A stretch of DNA of 64,000 nucleotides from positions 108,852 through 172,851 of the forward strand of contig CAWGPU010000004.1 of assembly GCA_963824615.1 (NCBI GenBank), read 5' to 3'. Below the pieces are notes generated by a model that saw only the letters and a program-made list of their open reading frames with translations, was not told where the DNA came from and made no database searches. Of the stretch, positions 49,633-59,954 are shown piece by piece. The DNA is from an uncultured Haloplasmataceae bacterium. GTDB taxonomy: Bacteria > Bacillota_I > Bacilli_A > Haloplasmatales > Haloplasmataceae. The translations under genes were made by a program, and so were the position numbers. Positions within the stretch are counted from its first letter, which is position 1, and each line of letters begins with the position of its first letter.

Positions 49633-50190
49633 ATGAAAAAAATATATCCGAATTTCTACAATTTAGAACCAATGCCGACAGAAGAGGGATATATCTTGCT
49701 TAAATGTCTCAATTGTCAGGAAATATGGTTATATAATGCGACTGATTTAAAAAAGACAGACAGAAAATGCCCTTATTGTGGAATGCTTCATACATTAGAT
49801 GAATATTATCAAGCAGCTTATGAAGATACATATCATTATTACCATATGATAGCAGTGAAAAATTTATTAGAACTTATCAATATTAAGATAGAGATTACTG
49901 AAAATGCAACAGAGGAAAAACAAAAAAGGTTCCAAGTGATATTTATTAATATTCCGCAACCTAATGAAAAAGAAATGAATGATTATGTCCAATTTGCATA
50001 TCAAGAATTAAAGAAAAGGGCAGATGAAAAAACTTTAGAAATAGAAATGAAAGTTCCTGTTTATATGCAACAAATGCTAAATGAGGATGATTTCATAGAA
50101 TTAAGGACAGACTGTTGTGAAAGCCTGTTAAAAGTAAAAAAAGGTCATGAATTAATAAAACATTGTGTTTATTGTAATTCTGATTTATAA
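49633..50190 (+). CDS. hypothetical protein with two CxxC pairs (putative Zn-ribbon)
   Basis: CLNCQ...CPYCG in the N-terminal part and C...CVYCN in the C-terminal part. Confidence 0.4.
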   Translation: MKKIYPNFYNLEPMPTEEGYILLKCLNCQEIWLYNATDLKKTDRKCPYCGMLHTLDEYYQAAYEDTYHYYHMIAVKNLLELINIKIEITENATEEKQKRFQVIFINIPQPNEKEMNDYVQFAYQELKKRADEKTLEIEMKVPVYMQQMLNEDDFIELRTDCCESLLKVKKGHELIKHCVYCNSDL

Positions 50191-50469
50191 ATATTAATGA
50201 TAATTAAGCCACCAGTTTTGCTGGTGGCTTTCATTTATTGAACGATAATTTTTTTATTTATCTTACATTTATATTAAGTGACATTATCAAACCTTCATTT
50301 AATCCTGTTTAAGAAACCACAATCTTCTATTTTTAAACCATTCAATGAGATAGGTAAATAACATATTGTTCTTTTTTTATCCATAAATGAATATCTTTAA
50401 TTATTGAAATGGAAAAAATCCATCAGTATAAAGAGATGGCTTTTTTTGACTTGAATTGGGTGATATAAA

Positions 50470-51801
50470 TTGAATGGATCATCATTTTATAAAAAATCAA
50501 CATTACTTATATTAACAAATTTAACAACAGGTATATTAAGTTTTTCCTTTTCTGTTATTTTATCACGTAAAATTGGTGCTGAAGGAATGGGATTATATAG
50601 TTTAGTGCTTCCTATCAGTAGTTTACTTCTTAGTGTTATTTCAGGAGGATTATTAGTCGCTGTTTCAAAAGTCGTCGCAGAATATTATTTCAAAAGAGAA
50701 ATGAATAATTTGAAAAAAATTATCAAGACAACCCTGATTTTTAATATCATATTATCTCTTTTTGTCATTTTTTTTGCTTACTTATTTTCTTACCAAATAA
50801 GTATATATATAGTTAGAGATGCACGGACTGTTTATGCGCTGCGATTTATCTTTATTTCAATCGTTGTAATGACACTGTCAAATACTTATAAAGGTTATTT
50901 TTATGGAACTACTAATGTGAGCGTCCCTGCTTTCATAGATATTGTGGAAAAAGCGGTTCGGATAATTTTTTTATTAATCATCTTTAAAATGACTTTTGTT
51001 TCGAGTATAACAACTTCAATAACAACCGCCTATTTAGTATTTTTTATAGGTGAATTAACATCATTGATTTTATTATACATATATTTTAAGTTAGATATTA
51101 AACTCTTAAAAAAAACAAATGAAAGAATTGAAGATGGTCTACAATTGCTTTACAATATTTTTTCAATTTCCTTACCTTTAATGATCACTGAATTAATTTC
51201 TTCTTCTCTATTTACAATCTCTTCACTTATTTTACCAAGAAGATTACTAAAGGCGGGTTTTAATTATAACGAAGCACTGGCATTAATTGGTCGTTTTGCT
51301 AGTATGTCCATGCAAATTGTCTTTTTTCCAATGGTTATTATTTTTTCGATTACAACGATTCTAATTCCTGATTTATCGAGGAGTGTCAGTCAAAATGATA
51401 TTTATTCAATTGAAAAGAGAATTTCTCAAGTATTAAAAATCTCTTTTTTATTAGGTGTATTTGTTTTTATCATCTGTTTTATATTTGGAAATGATTTAGG
51501 TAGAATCGTTTATCAACGTGATGATTTAGGTCAGTACATCCGTTTTATGGCATTTAGTGCACCATTAATCTATACATCCGCTACAACGCGTGGTATTTTG
51601 AATGGTCTTGGAAAACAGAAAATAATTTTAAAATATTCTTTACTTATTTCAGTATTACAAGTTGTTTTACTTTATATTTTAGTCGCAATTCCACAAATTA
51701 ATATATTTGGTTTTGGAATTACCATCATATCAACTACATTCATATCATTATTCTTTTATATAAGAGAAATCAATAAAGAAATTCAAATAAAAATCTTTTA
51801 A
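50470..51801 (+). CDS. MOP-superfamily polysaccharide/lipid II flippase (SpoVB/MurJ-like)
   Basis: 443 aa with about 12-14 TM helices. The N-terminal pattern KKSTLLILTNLTTGILSFSFSVILSRKIGAEGMGLY is typical of SpoVB/Wzx-type proteins. Confidence 0.55.
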   Translation: MNGSSFYKKSTLLILTNLTTGILSFSFSVILSRKIGAEGMGLYSLVLPISSLLLSVISGGLLVAVSKVVAEYYFKREMNNLKKIIKTTLIFNIILSLFVIFFAYLFSYQISIYIVRDARTVYALRFIFISIVVMTLSNTYKGYFYGTTNVSVPAFIDIVEKAVRIIFLLIIFKMTFVSSITTSITTAYLVFFIGELTSLILLYIYFKLDIKLLKKTNERIEDGLQLLYNIFSISLPLMITELISSSLFTISSLILPRRLLKAGFNYNEALALIGRFASMSMQIVFFPMVIIFSITTILIPDLSRSVSQNDIYSIEKRISQVLKISFLLGVFVFIICFIFGNDLGRIVYQRDDLGQYIRFMAFSAPLIYTSATTRGILNGLGKQKIILKYSLLISVLQVVLLYILVAIPQINIFGFGITIISTTFISLFFYIREINKEIQIKIF

Positions 51802-51883
51802 TGAAAACGAATACATTACTATTGTTTATTAAATTATGGTAAAATTATAGGAAATAGATAAATTGAAAAGAGGAAAGATATTT

Positions 51884-52621
51884 ATGAAAGGTCTAGAATT
51901 ATTAAAATTACCTACTTTAAATCCCTCATTCATAGTGTGGCCAACACTTCTTTATGACGAGAATCATGTGATTTTAGTTGACTGCGGTTATCCTGGGACT
52001 TATGAGGAGTTAAAAATGGTGTTATTAGATAAAGGATTTTCTTATGATGATTTAACACATATCATTATTACACATCATGATATAGATCATATCGGTAATT
52101 TAAGTACAATCATAAAGCATCATCCTGAGATTAAAGTCTTAGCAAGTTATATTGAAGCGCCATATCTTACAGGCAATAAAGAACCCATTAAATTATCCCA
52201 AAAGGGATATTATGATAACCTAATGCAAACTGTAGGTCTGTTGCCCTCTCCTAAACGTGAACTTGTTAAAGAAGTAATAGAAAATTTAATAATTAATCAG
52301 GTCACAGTTATACATGACAATGAGCTATTACCATTTTGCGGGGGAATCAAAGTGATTTATACACCAGGTCATACACCGGGCCATGTTTGTTTATATTTAG
52401 AAAGCTATAAAACCCTTATATCAGGAGATGAATTAAATGTCGTAGAAGGGATATTATATGGTCCCAAACCTCAATTTACTCAAAATATGACAACAGCAAT
52501 AGAATCTTTATCCAAAATAGTTAAAAATGATATACGTTCAATTTATTGCTATCATGGCGGAATTTATCAAGATAATCCTAATTTACGAATTATACAATTA
52601 TTAACAATTGATGAATATTGA
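51884..52621 (+). CDS. MBL-fold metallo-hydrolase
   Basis: HHDIDHIGN fits the HxHxDH zinc motif, with downstream His and Asp residues. AAGAGGAAAG RBS before the ATG at 51884. Confidence 0.7.
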   Translation: MKGLELLKLPTLNPSFIVWPTLLYDENHVILVDCGYPGTYEELKMVLLDKGFSYDDLTHIIITHHDIDHIGNLSTIIKHHPEIKVLASYIEAPYLTGNKEPIKLSQKGYYDNLMQTVGLLPSPKRELVKEVIENLIINQVTVIHDNELLPFCGGIKVIYTPGHTPGHVCLYLESYKTLISGDELNVVEGILYGPKPQFTQNMTTAIESLSKIVKNDIRSIYCYHGGIYQDNPNLRIIQLLTIDEY

Positions 52622-52680
52622 TAATAGGGAAAAAAAGAATCACTTGATCTTAAAAGTGATTCTTTTTCTAATTAATTTGT

Positions 52681-52854
52681 CTAAAGTAAAATGAGTAATA
52701 ATAGTATCCCTAAACCAATCAGTGCCCAGTACCATGGTCTAAAAAAAAATCTTCTACCGAAACAGCACCAAGGTCTATAAGGATAGCCATACCATGGTCG
52801 AAATCTTCTATAGTAACCGTATTGTGCAAAAATTCCCATTCTCCTCCACCACAT
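52681..52854 (-). CDS. small Tyr/Arg/Pro/Trp/Cys-rich protein with hydrophobic C-terminal tail (57 aa, MWWRRMGIFAQYGYYRRFRPWYGYPYRPWCCFGRRFFFRPWYWALIGLGILLLLILL)
   Basis: AGGGGTGA RBS 5 nt upstream. It is paralogous in composition and motif (CCFGRR / CGCFGRF, hydrophobic tail) to the 53010-53192 product. It is below the ORF track cutoff. Confidence 0.4.
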   Translation of the reverse strand: MWWRRMGIFAQYGYYRRFRPWYGYPYRPWCCFGRRFFFRPWYWALIGLGILLLLILL

Positions 52855-53009
52855 ATAATCACCCCTTATCTATAGTAGTATATGTTTTTAGGTACAATTT
52901 TCTTGTATTAACCGCCCCTTAATATTTAAATAATGTTTTTATCTTTGATGAATTTGACCTATTTAGATAAAAGACTCTATTCTATTTTAGAATGGAGTCT
53001 TTCAGCTTA

Positions 53010-53192
53010 TTAAATGAAACCGAAAAGTAACCCTAAACCAATACCCGTTGCGAAGCCATATCCACCACCAAAGCCAAAGCCACCATACCCGAATCTTCCA
53101 AAACAACCGCATGTAGGTCTACAACATATAGGTCTACAGCATATAGGTCGACAAATAGTTGGGCAACATCTTCTGTATCCGTAATATCCCAA
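53010..53192 (-). CDS. small Cys/Pro/Gly/Tyr-rich protein with hydrophobic C-terminal tail (CRPICC x3 repeats)
   Basis: TTG start preceded by AGGAGGTG. Repeats CCPTICRPICCRPICCRPTC are followed by a GYGGFGFGGGYG stretch and a hydrophobic tail. Confidence 0.4.
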   Translation of the reverse strand: MGYYGYRRCCPTICRPICCRPICCRPTCGCFGRFGYGGFGFGGGYGFATGIGLGLLFGFI

Positions 53193-53349
53193 GTTAACAT
53201 CACCTCCTGTATCTTTTATATGTTAATATATGATGAAACTCATTTTCAAGAATGTATAATACTCCTCTTTCTAAGTAAAATAATCATTATATAACAGGTA
53301 CATTTAGGAAAAAACTATAAAAAAAAGAGGTAATGTTCTATTACCTTCT

Positions 53350-53742
53350 TTATTGTTTAAAGAAATTACGAAATAAATTTCCATAACCTAATATGTTTTG
53401 TAGATTATTAGGTCCAAAACCATAGGGTTGATGTTGATTATTGATATGATTGAATTGACCTTGTTGGCTATATGGATTAAATTGACCAAATTGACCTTGA
53501 TGATTGTAAGGATTAAATTGATTATGATTATTATATGGATTAGATTGATTTTGATTCATAAATGAATGTCCTTGATTATACGGATTATAATTATTTTGAT
53601 TGTATGGATTCATATAAGGATTATTAAATTGATTCTGCATAAAGTTATTGTTACCGCCAAAAAATTGTTTCATCATACCTACACCACTTAGTAATGATTG
53701 AATGGTTCCCATATTTTTTAGCCCAAATGAAAGTAAATTCAT
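53350..53742 (-). CDS. Asn/Gln/Pro/Tyr-rich low-complexity protein (NPY/NQ repeats), putative spore coat/crust-type protein
   Basis: AGGAGGTAACAC before the ATG. The upstream minus-strand sequence ACattctaattacatttaaCATAccTTA fits the sigma-K consensus (AC-17-CATAnnnTA). Confidence 0.5.
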   Translation of the reverse strand: MNLLSFGLKNMGTIQSLLSGVGMMKQFFGGNNNFMQNQFNNPYMNPYNQNNYNPYNQGHSFMNQNQSNPYNNHNQFNPYNHQGQFGQFNPYSQQGQFNHINNQHQPYGFGPNNLQNILGYGNLFRNFFKQ

Positions 53743-53777
53743 GTGTTACCTCCTTTATTGATTTTCATTGACTATTA

Positions 53778-53805
53778 TAAGGTATGTTAAATGTAATTAG
53801 AATGT
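53778..53805 (-). promoter_or_regulatory. sigma-K-type (late mother-cell) promoter candidate for the N/Q-rich gene
   Basis: Minus-strand sequence AC-N17-CATACCTTA lies about 35 nt upstream of the RBS. Confidence 0.35.
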
Positions 53806-54173
53806 AAGGACATCTGTATATAGAATTTAAGGGATTATTTAAAAAAATATCTTTATTTTATAGACAATGTCTCTCATTTTCATTATACTTGTTTTATAAG
53901 GGTAATTTAGTACACGAGTTTAGTAGAAATTCTTGATTGATGAAATTGTGGGGATAGTTTCATTAATAAAGTACTAAATTAACAGTTTTTAGTAAAAATT
54001 AATAAATTGTCAGTTTCTTAATAGAAACACATCGGAAATTTATGATTAAATAATTTTCTTATATTACAATTGCAAAATTAAAATGCACAGATATGATTTA
54101 GAAAAAGTGAATTATGAGAAATTTTTATTATTTTTCAATATAAGTGGGATTAATTTTATAAGAGGAGAAGTCT

Positions 54174-55415
54174 ATGTATAATAAAAAATCAATTGAGGCA
54201 GTAGATAATTCGATTTTTAAAGGAACATTTATGAAACCCTTAAATGAAAGTTATTCTCTTGCTAATATTCCAGGTACAATAATTAACAACTTTGGAGGAC
54301 ATAGCAATAATATTTTGCCTGTAGATGTTTTTGGAAAATTCCAAAAAAAATATGATAAAATTGTTTTATTTGTGCTTGATGGATTTGGTTATAGTGCATT
54401 TAAAAAATTCTATCATAAATCAACATTTTTAACCAATGTGGTTAAAAATGGAGTAGTGTCCAAGTTAACGACTCAATTTCCCTCAACGACATCCGCTAAT
54501 ATTACAACTTTTCATACAGGACTCCCCGTTAGTTTAAGCGGGGTTATAGAATGGTTCTATTATGAGCCTGTAATTGATAGTGTTTATAGTCCGTTATTAT
54601 ATAAAAAAGCCAAAGATGAGAATGAACTTTTGTCAATAGAGGCTGAAAAAATATTGCCAACAGAAAATTTGTATCAGCAACTGGTTGTTCCTTCTTATGT
54701 TTTTCAATTAGATCTTTATAATCAAGGAGCTTATTCACATCTTATGCAAAAGGGAAGTCAAACAGTAGATTTTAAAAATTTAGAAGATGGATTAAGCCAA
54801 TTAAAGGAAGTCCTAAAAAAAGATGAAAAATCTTACAGTTATTTTTATCATTCTGATTTTGATTCTGTATCCCATAAGTTTGGACCAAATGCAAAAGAGA
54901 CTGAGGAAACTATCACAAACATACTAAAATCTTTAGATCACTTTTTTGCTGATCTTTCTGCTAAAAATACACTATTTATGTTAACTGCTGATCACGGACA
55001 GACTACAGTTGTAAAAGAAAATGCAATTTATATAAATAAGCAATATCCGGAAATTTTACCTTACATAAAAAAGAATAAAGAAGGTGAATATATTATCCCA
55101 TGCGGGTCATTTAGAGATATGTTTTTACATATTGAAAAAGGACATGTTGATGAAGTTTTAACATTTTTGCAAGAAAAATTAAAAGGAAAAGCTGAGGTTT
55201 ATAAAGTACAAGAATTAATCGAAGCTGGTATATTTGGAGAACATGTTCCATCTATGAAGTTTTTAGAAAAGATAGGTGATATTGTAATATTAGCCTATGT
55301 TGACCAAGCAATATGGTGGTACGAAGAAAATAAATTTTTTGTTAAACACCAAGGAATGCATGGTGGACTAACAAAAGATGAGTTAGAAATTCCTTTTTTA
55401 GTTTACCCTTATTAG
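54174..55415 (+). CDS. alkaline-phosphatase-superfamily metalloenzyme (type I phosphodiesterase / nucleotide pyrophosphatase-like)
   Basis: Contains VLDGFGYS, the nucleophile region TQFPSTTSANITTFHTG and the metal-ligand motifs HSDFDSVSHKFG and LTADHGQT. Confidence 0.55.
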   Translation: MYNKKSIEAVDNSIFKGTFMKPLNESYSLANIPGTIINNFGGHSNNILPVDVFGKFQKKYDKIVLFVLDGFGYSAFKKFYHKSTFLTNVVKNGVVSKLTTQFPSTTSANITTFHTGLPVSLSGVIEWFYYEPVIDSVYSPLLYKKAKDENELLSIEAEKILPTENLYQQLVVPSYVFQLDLYNQGAYSHLMQKGSQTVDFKNLEDGLSQLKEVLKKDEKSYSYFYHSDFDSVSHKFGPNAKETEETITNILKSLDHFFADLSAKNTLFMLTADHGQTTVVKENAIYINKQYPEILPYIKKNKEGEYIIPCGSFRDMFLHIEKGHVDEVLTFLQEKLKGKAEVYKVQELIEAGIFGEHVPSMKFLEKIGDIVILAYVDQAIWWYEENKFFVKHQGMHGGLTKDELEIPFLVYPY

Positions 55416-55657
55416 GTTAGAAATCATAAAAAAAAGGTTAATTAAAAATCATAAATTTTGCTATTTTCAATTATTTCATAAGAAGAATGTAACTATGAAA
55501 TCTAGTTTATTTCAAAAAACGACATGAATATTATTAATATTTAAAGATAAAATAATAAGGTAACGAACCCGTTAATTTATGTAAAATATAAAAACCTACT
55601 GCTCATGTATTTTCTTAATATCTCCAATTGGAAAAGAATGTGATTTTTAAAATTACC

Positions 55658-55686
55658 TTGACAATTAGCGCTCGAAAAGGTAAGAT
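55658..55686 (+). promoter_or_regulatory. candidate promoter TTGACA-17-TAAGAT for the opp operon
   Basis: ttgacaattagcgctcgaaaaggtaagat. Confidence 0.35.
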
Positions 55687-55789
55687 AAATTTAATATAAA
55701 ACTGAATTTTCGCCAAATTTTCGCAGTACAGTTATTATTAATATATTAAATTATTTTGATGATAAATTGATTTTAATAAGGAGGAAAAT

Positions 55790-56713
55790 ATGCTTAAATT
55801 TATACTAAAAAGACTAGTAGCAGTAGTTATAACGTTATTAGTAATATCGTTTCTTACATTCATTCTAATGCATATTGCACCAGGTAGTCCATTTGCTAGT
55901 GAAAAAGGATTATCACCAACTGTATTAGCTGCTCTTAATAAACGATATGGACTTGACCAAAACATATTAGTTCAATATTGGAAATATTTATATGGTTTAT
56001 TGCACTTTAATTTTGGAGTTTCTTTTAAATTAAAAGGGGAAACTGTTAACCATATAATTAATCAAGGCTTTCGATATACTGCTATAATCGGGGGATTGGG
56101 TACATTAATTGTAATAATTATTGGGATTCCATTAGGAGTTTTATCAGCACTAAAGCATGATAAATTTTTCGACCGTGCATCTATGCTTGTATCAGTTTTA
56201 GGTGTTACTGTCCCAAGTTTTGTTTTTGCATCATTGTACCAATATTTCTTCGCTATCAAATATCATTTGGTTCCAATATATGGTGTAACTAGTTTCCTTA
56301 GTTATGTAGGACCAGCTATATGTATCGCAGTCTTTTCATTAGCGTTTGTAACACGATTGACAAGATCAAGTATGTTAGAAGTTCTGCAACAAGATTATAT
56401 TCGAACTGCAAAAGCTAAAGGCTTAAGTAGTTTTAGAGTCTTATTTAAACACTCTTTACGAAATGCACTAATTCCAGTTGTATCTTACCTTGGTCCAATG
56501 ATTGCCGGAATATTAACAGGTTCATTTGTTATTGAATCTATATTCTCTATTCCTGGTATAGGAAAATATTACACAACTAGTGTAAGTCAACGAGATTTTA
56601 CCTTAATTATGGGATTAACAATGTTTTATGCGGTATTCTTGGTATTTGCGGTCTTTATAGTTGATATACTATATGTATTAATCGATCCAAGAATTAAGTA
56701 TGAGAAAGATTAG
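55790..56713 (+). CDS. oppB: oligopeptide ABC transporter permease OppB
   Basis: The N-terminus MLKFILKRLV...FILMHIAPGSPF is the canonical OppB/DppB start. An EAA-loop region is present. Confidence 0.85.
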   Translation: MLKFILKRLVAVVITLLVISFLTFILMHIAPGSPFASEKGLSPTVLAALNKRYGLDQNILVQYWKYLYGLLHFNFGVSFKLKGETVNHIINQGFRYTAIIGGLGTLIVIIIGIPLGVLSALKHDKFFDRASMLVSVLGVTVPSFVFASLYQYFFAIKYHLVPIYGVTSFLSYVGPAICIAVFSLAFVTRLTRSSMLEVLQQDYIRTAKAKGLSSFRVLFKHSLRNALIPVVSYLGPMIAGILTGSFVIESIFSIPGIGKYYTTSVSQRDFTLIMGLTMFYAVFLVFAVFIVDILYVLIDPRIKYEKD

Positions 56714-56724
56714 GATGTGAGAAA

Positions 56725-57906
56725 ATGATAAATAATGATATGTGGGAAAAAGTAGAAAGTAAAGAGTTTGAAAATGAGGAAATAAAACGTCCGAGTTTAA
56801 CATATTGGGCTGATGCATTTAGAAGACTTTTAAGAAATAAATTAGCTATCGTTTCTTTAATCTTTCTAGGCTTATTGATACTTATGGTTATATTTTTACC
56901 AATGTTTTGGAGTAGAAGTTACTCTGACCAACAATTGGGATATTCAAATATACCACCAACATTAGAAATTTATAAGGTAGCTGATAATGAATTCATCTAC
57001 GTTACAAATGACTTTAAAGTAATTGAGGTTACTGCTAATGGAAAATTGCTTTCTGCACCGACACCTACTATAGATGATATGTTATCAAGAAGTAGAACAT
57101 ATGTATTAAATGGATATACAATTTTCGTAAATTACCGTGTTCAGATAGATGATCCAACTAGTAAAGTAAAATTCAATGTTTTTGTTAATGGTAGTACCAC
57201 GATGTTAACACAATATAAAACGGTAAAAAATGCTAGTTATTTGTTGGGGACAGATAAATTAGGTAGAGATTACTTTTTAAGATTAATATATGGTGGTAGA
57301 ATTTCACTAGCAATTGGGTTTGCAGCTGCATTAGTAAACTTTATCATAGGAGTAGTTTATGGAGGAGTTGCTGGCTATTTTGGAGGGAAAATAGACAACA
57401 TTATGATGCGTATCGTTGATACGATTAGTACGATTCCTTTAATATTATATGTAATTGTTTTAATGGTGGTTTTACCACCAAGTTTAGGCACAATAATATT
57501 AGCATTAACTCTGACGTATTGGGTCGGAATGGCCCGGATTGTAAGAGGATCTGTTTTGGCATTAAAAGAACAAGAATTTGTTCTAGCTGCTAAAACAATT
57601 GGTGCGAATTCAACAAGAATAATATTTAGACATATATTACCTAATACTATGGGACCTGTCATGGTTGCATTAACAATGCAGATTCCAACTGCAATATTCA
57701 CTGAGGCTTTTCTAAGCTTTATTGGATTAGGAGTATCGGAACCAATCCCATCATGGGGTTCATTAGCAAATGATGGTTTAGCTGCAATGTCCACATCTCC
57801 ATACTTATTGTTCTATCCCGCTCTTATAATGAGTGTAACATTATTGGCGTTTAACTTACTTGGTGATGGACTAAGAGATGCACTAGATCCTAGATTAAGA
57901 AAGTAG
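56725..57906 (+). CDS. oppC: oligopeptide ABC transporter permease OppC (with ~150-aa extracytoplasmic insertion after TM1)
   Basis: The C-terminal LGTDKLGRDYFLRLIYGGRISL and EAA loop are canonical OppC. The N-terminal domain is longer than usual. Confidence 0.8.
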   Translation: MINNDMWEKVESKEFENEEIKRPSLTYWADAFRRLLRNKLAIVSLIFLGLLILMVIFLPMFWSRSYSDQQLGYSNIPPTLEIYKVADNEFIYVTNDFKVIEVTANGKLLSAPTPTIDDMLSRSRTYVLNGYTIFVNYRVQIDDPTSKVKFNVFVNGSTTMLTQYKTVKNASYLLGTDKLGRDYFLRLIYGGRISLAIGFAAALVNFIIGVVYGGVAGYFGGKIDNIMMRIVDTISTIPLILYVIVLMVVLPPSLGTIILALTLTYWVGMARIVRGSVLALKEQEFVLAAKTIGANSTRIIFRHILPNTMGPVMVALTMQIPTAIFTEAFLSFIGLGVSEPIPSWGSLANDGLAAMSTSPYLLFYPALIMSVTLLAFNLLGDGLRDALDPRLRK

Positions 57907-57919
57907 GGGAGATTTTCAA

Positions 57920-58915
57920 ATGGCTAAAAAAATATTAGATGTTCAAAATTTAAAAACTTCTTTTTACACTCATTTGGGAGAAGTACAAGCTATTCGAGGT
58001 ATATCGTTTTCAATTGATGATGGAGAAATAGTTGGTATTGTTGGAGAATCAGGTTCTGGTAAAAGTGTTACTGCTTCATCAATTCTTCGACTATTAGTAT
58101 ATCCAGGAAAAGTTAAAGAAGGAGCTATTTATTTCAATGATGAAAATATCCTAGAAAAAACAGAAAGTGAAATGCGTCATATACGTGGTAATGAAATATC
58201 AATGATTTTTCAAGACCCAATGACATCTTTAAACCCTGTATATACAATAGGAAATCAAATAATTGAAATTTTAAAAGCTCATAATGATATTACAAAATCA
58301 GAAGCAATAGCAAAAACAATAGAATTGTTAAAAATGGTTGGTATTCCTTCTCCGGAAAAACGAATTAATAATTATCCACATGAATTTTCAGGAGGTATGA
58401 GACAAAGGGTTATGATTGCTATGGCAATAGCTTGTGATCCTAAATTGTTGATTGCAGATGAACCAACTACTGCTTTAGATGTAACTATACAGGCTCAAAT
58501 TTTAAGAATCTTAAAAGATTTAAATAAACGACTTGACAATGCGGTTATATTAATCACACATGATTTAGGCGTGGTAGCAGAAACTTGTGATAAAGTTGTT
58601 GTTATGTATGGTGGACTTATTATGGAAAAAGGAACAGTTCACGATTTATTTAGTAATCCATCACATCCTTATACAGTTGGATTGCTTAAATCACTCCCTA
58701 ATTATCAAAGAAGTGGAAAATTAAAACCTATAAAAGGAACTCCACCAGATTTATTATATCCACCAAAAGGCTGTCCATTTGCTTCTAGATGTAGTCAAGC
58801 TATGAAAATCTGTAAAACAGAATTACCTGATATGTTTAAGGTAGAAGAAAATCATTTTTCAATGTGTTGGTTGCATCATCCAGATTGCAAAGAATCTGTG
58901 GAAGAGGTGAAATAA
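57920..58915 (+). CDS. oppD: oligopeptide ABC transporter ATP-binding protein OppD
   Basis: Contains GESGSGKSV and [14 protein letters not shown], plus the C-terminal Cys-containing oligopeptide ATPase extension. Confidence 0.85.
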   Translation: MAKKILDVQNLKTSFYTHLGEVQAIRGISFSIDDGEIVGIVGESGSGKSVTASSILRLLVYPGKVKEGAIYFNDENILEKTESEMRHIRGNEISMIFQDPMTSLNPVYTIGNQIIEILKAHNDITKSEAIAKTIELLKMVGIPSPEKRINNYPHEFSGGMRQRVMIAMAIACDPKLLIADEPTTALDVTIQAQILRILKDLNKRLDNAVILITHDLGVVAETCDKVVVMYGGLIMEKGTVHDLFSNPSHPYTVGLLKSLPNYQRSGKLKPIKGTPPDLLYPPKGCPFASRCSQAMKICKTELPDMFKVEENHFSMCWLHHPDCKESVEEVK

Positions 58916-58916
58916 A

Positions 58917-59897
58917 ATGGAACAAGAAAAAGATTTATTAGTTGTTAAAAATTTGAAAAAATATTTCACGAAATCGGGTGGACTTTTAGGGAATAAAAAA
59001 TCATATATAAAAGCTGTCGATGACGTATCATTTTCGATAAAAAAAGGTGAAACATTTGGTTTAGTTGGAGAATCTGGTTGTGGTAAATCAACAACTGGAA
59101 GAACAATTATCCGCTTATATGATGTAACAGGTGGAAACGTTATTTTCGATGGTAATGATATTTCTAAATTATCTGATAAAGAGGTATTTCCATACCGAAA
59201 AAGAATGCAGATGATTTTCCAAGATCCATATGCTTCATTAAATTCAAGAATGACTGTTGCCGATATTGTTGGTGAACCAATATTAATTAACAATATGTTA
59301 AGCAGTGCTGATCGTAAAAAACGAATTTTAGAATTATTAAACCTTGTTGGATTAAGACCTGACCATGCGAGCCGTTATCCCCATGAATTCTCTGGTGGGC
59401 AACGGCAAAGAATAGGTATAGCTAGAGCATTGGCAGTTAATCCAGAGTTCATTATATGTGACGAACCAATATCTGCACTAGATGTTTCTATACAAGCACA
59501 AGTCATCAATTTGTTAGAAGAACTTCAAGATAAACTTGGCTTAACCTACTTATTTATTGCTCACGATTTGTCAATGGTTAAACATATATCTGATCGTATT
59601 GCAGTTATGTATTTAGGTAAAATAGTTGAAATTACAACAAGTGATGAATTATTTAACAATACTCTCCATCCTTATACAAAGGCACTTTTATCTTCAGTAC
59701 CCGTACCAAATGTAGACGCCAAGAATAAACATGAAATTATTCTTGAAGGAGAAATTCCTAGTGCTTTAAATCCACCTTCAGGGTGCAGATTTAGAACAAG
59801 ATGTCCACATGCATATGAAAGATGCGCTAAGGAAGAACCAGCATTAATTGAAATAACTGCTGGACACTCTGTAGCATGTCACTTATTTACTGAGTAA
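58917..59897 (+). CDS. oppF: oligopeptide ABC transporter ATP-binding protein OppF
   Basis: Contains GESGCGKST, FSGGQRQRIGIARAL and CDEPISALD. Confidence 0.85.
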   Translation: MEQEKDLLVVKNLKKYFTKSGGLLGNKKSYIKAVDDVSFSIKKGETFGLVGESGCGKSTTGRTIIRLYDVTGGNVIFDGNDISKLSDKEVFPYRKRMQMIFQDPYASLNSRMTVADIVGEPILINNMLSSADRKKRILELLNLVGLRPDHASRYPHEFSGGQRQRIGIARALAVNPEFIICDEPISALDVSIQAQVINLLEELQDKLGLTYLFIAHDLSMVKHISDRIAVMYLGKIVEITTSDELFNNTLHPYTKALLSSVPVPNVDAKNKHEIILEGEIPSALNPPSGCRFRTRCPHAYERCAKEEPALIEITAGHSVACHLFTE

Positions 59898-59954
59898 TTA
59901 CTTACTAAAAAGTAATTAAATATAAGTAGTACTATAAAAAGGAGGAAGATTTAT

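Noticed and set aside
57375-59293. Minus-strand ORFs of 139 aa and 144 aa
   Set aside because: They are antisense to oppC/oppD/oppF, which have canonical motifs.
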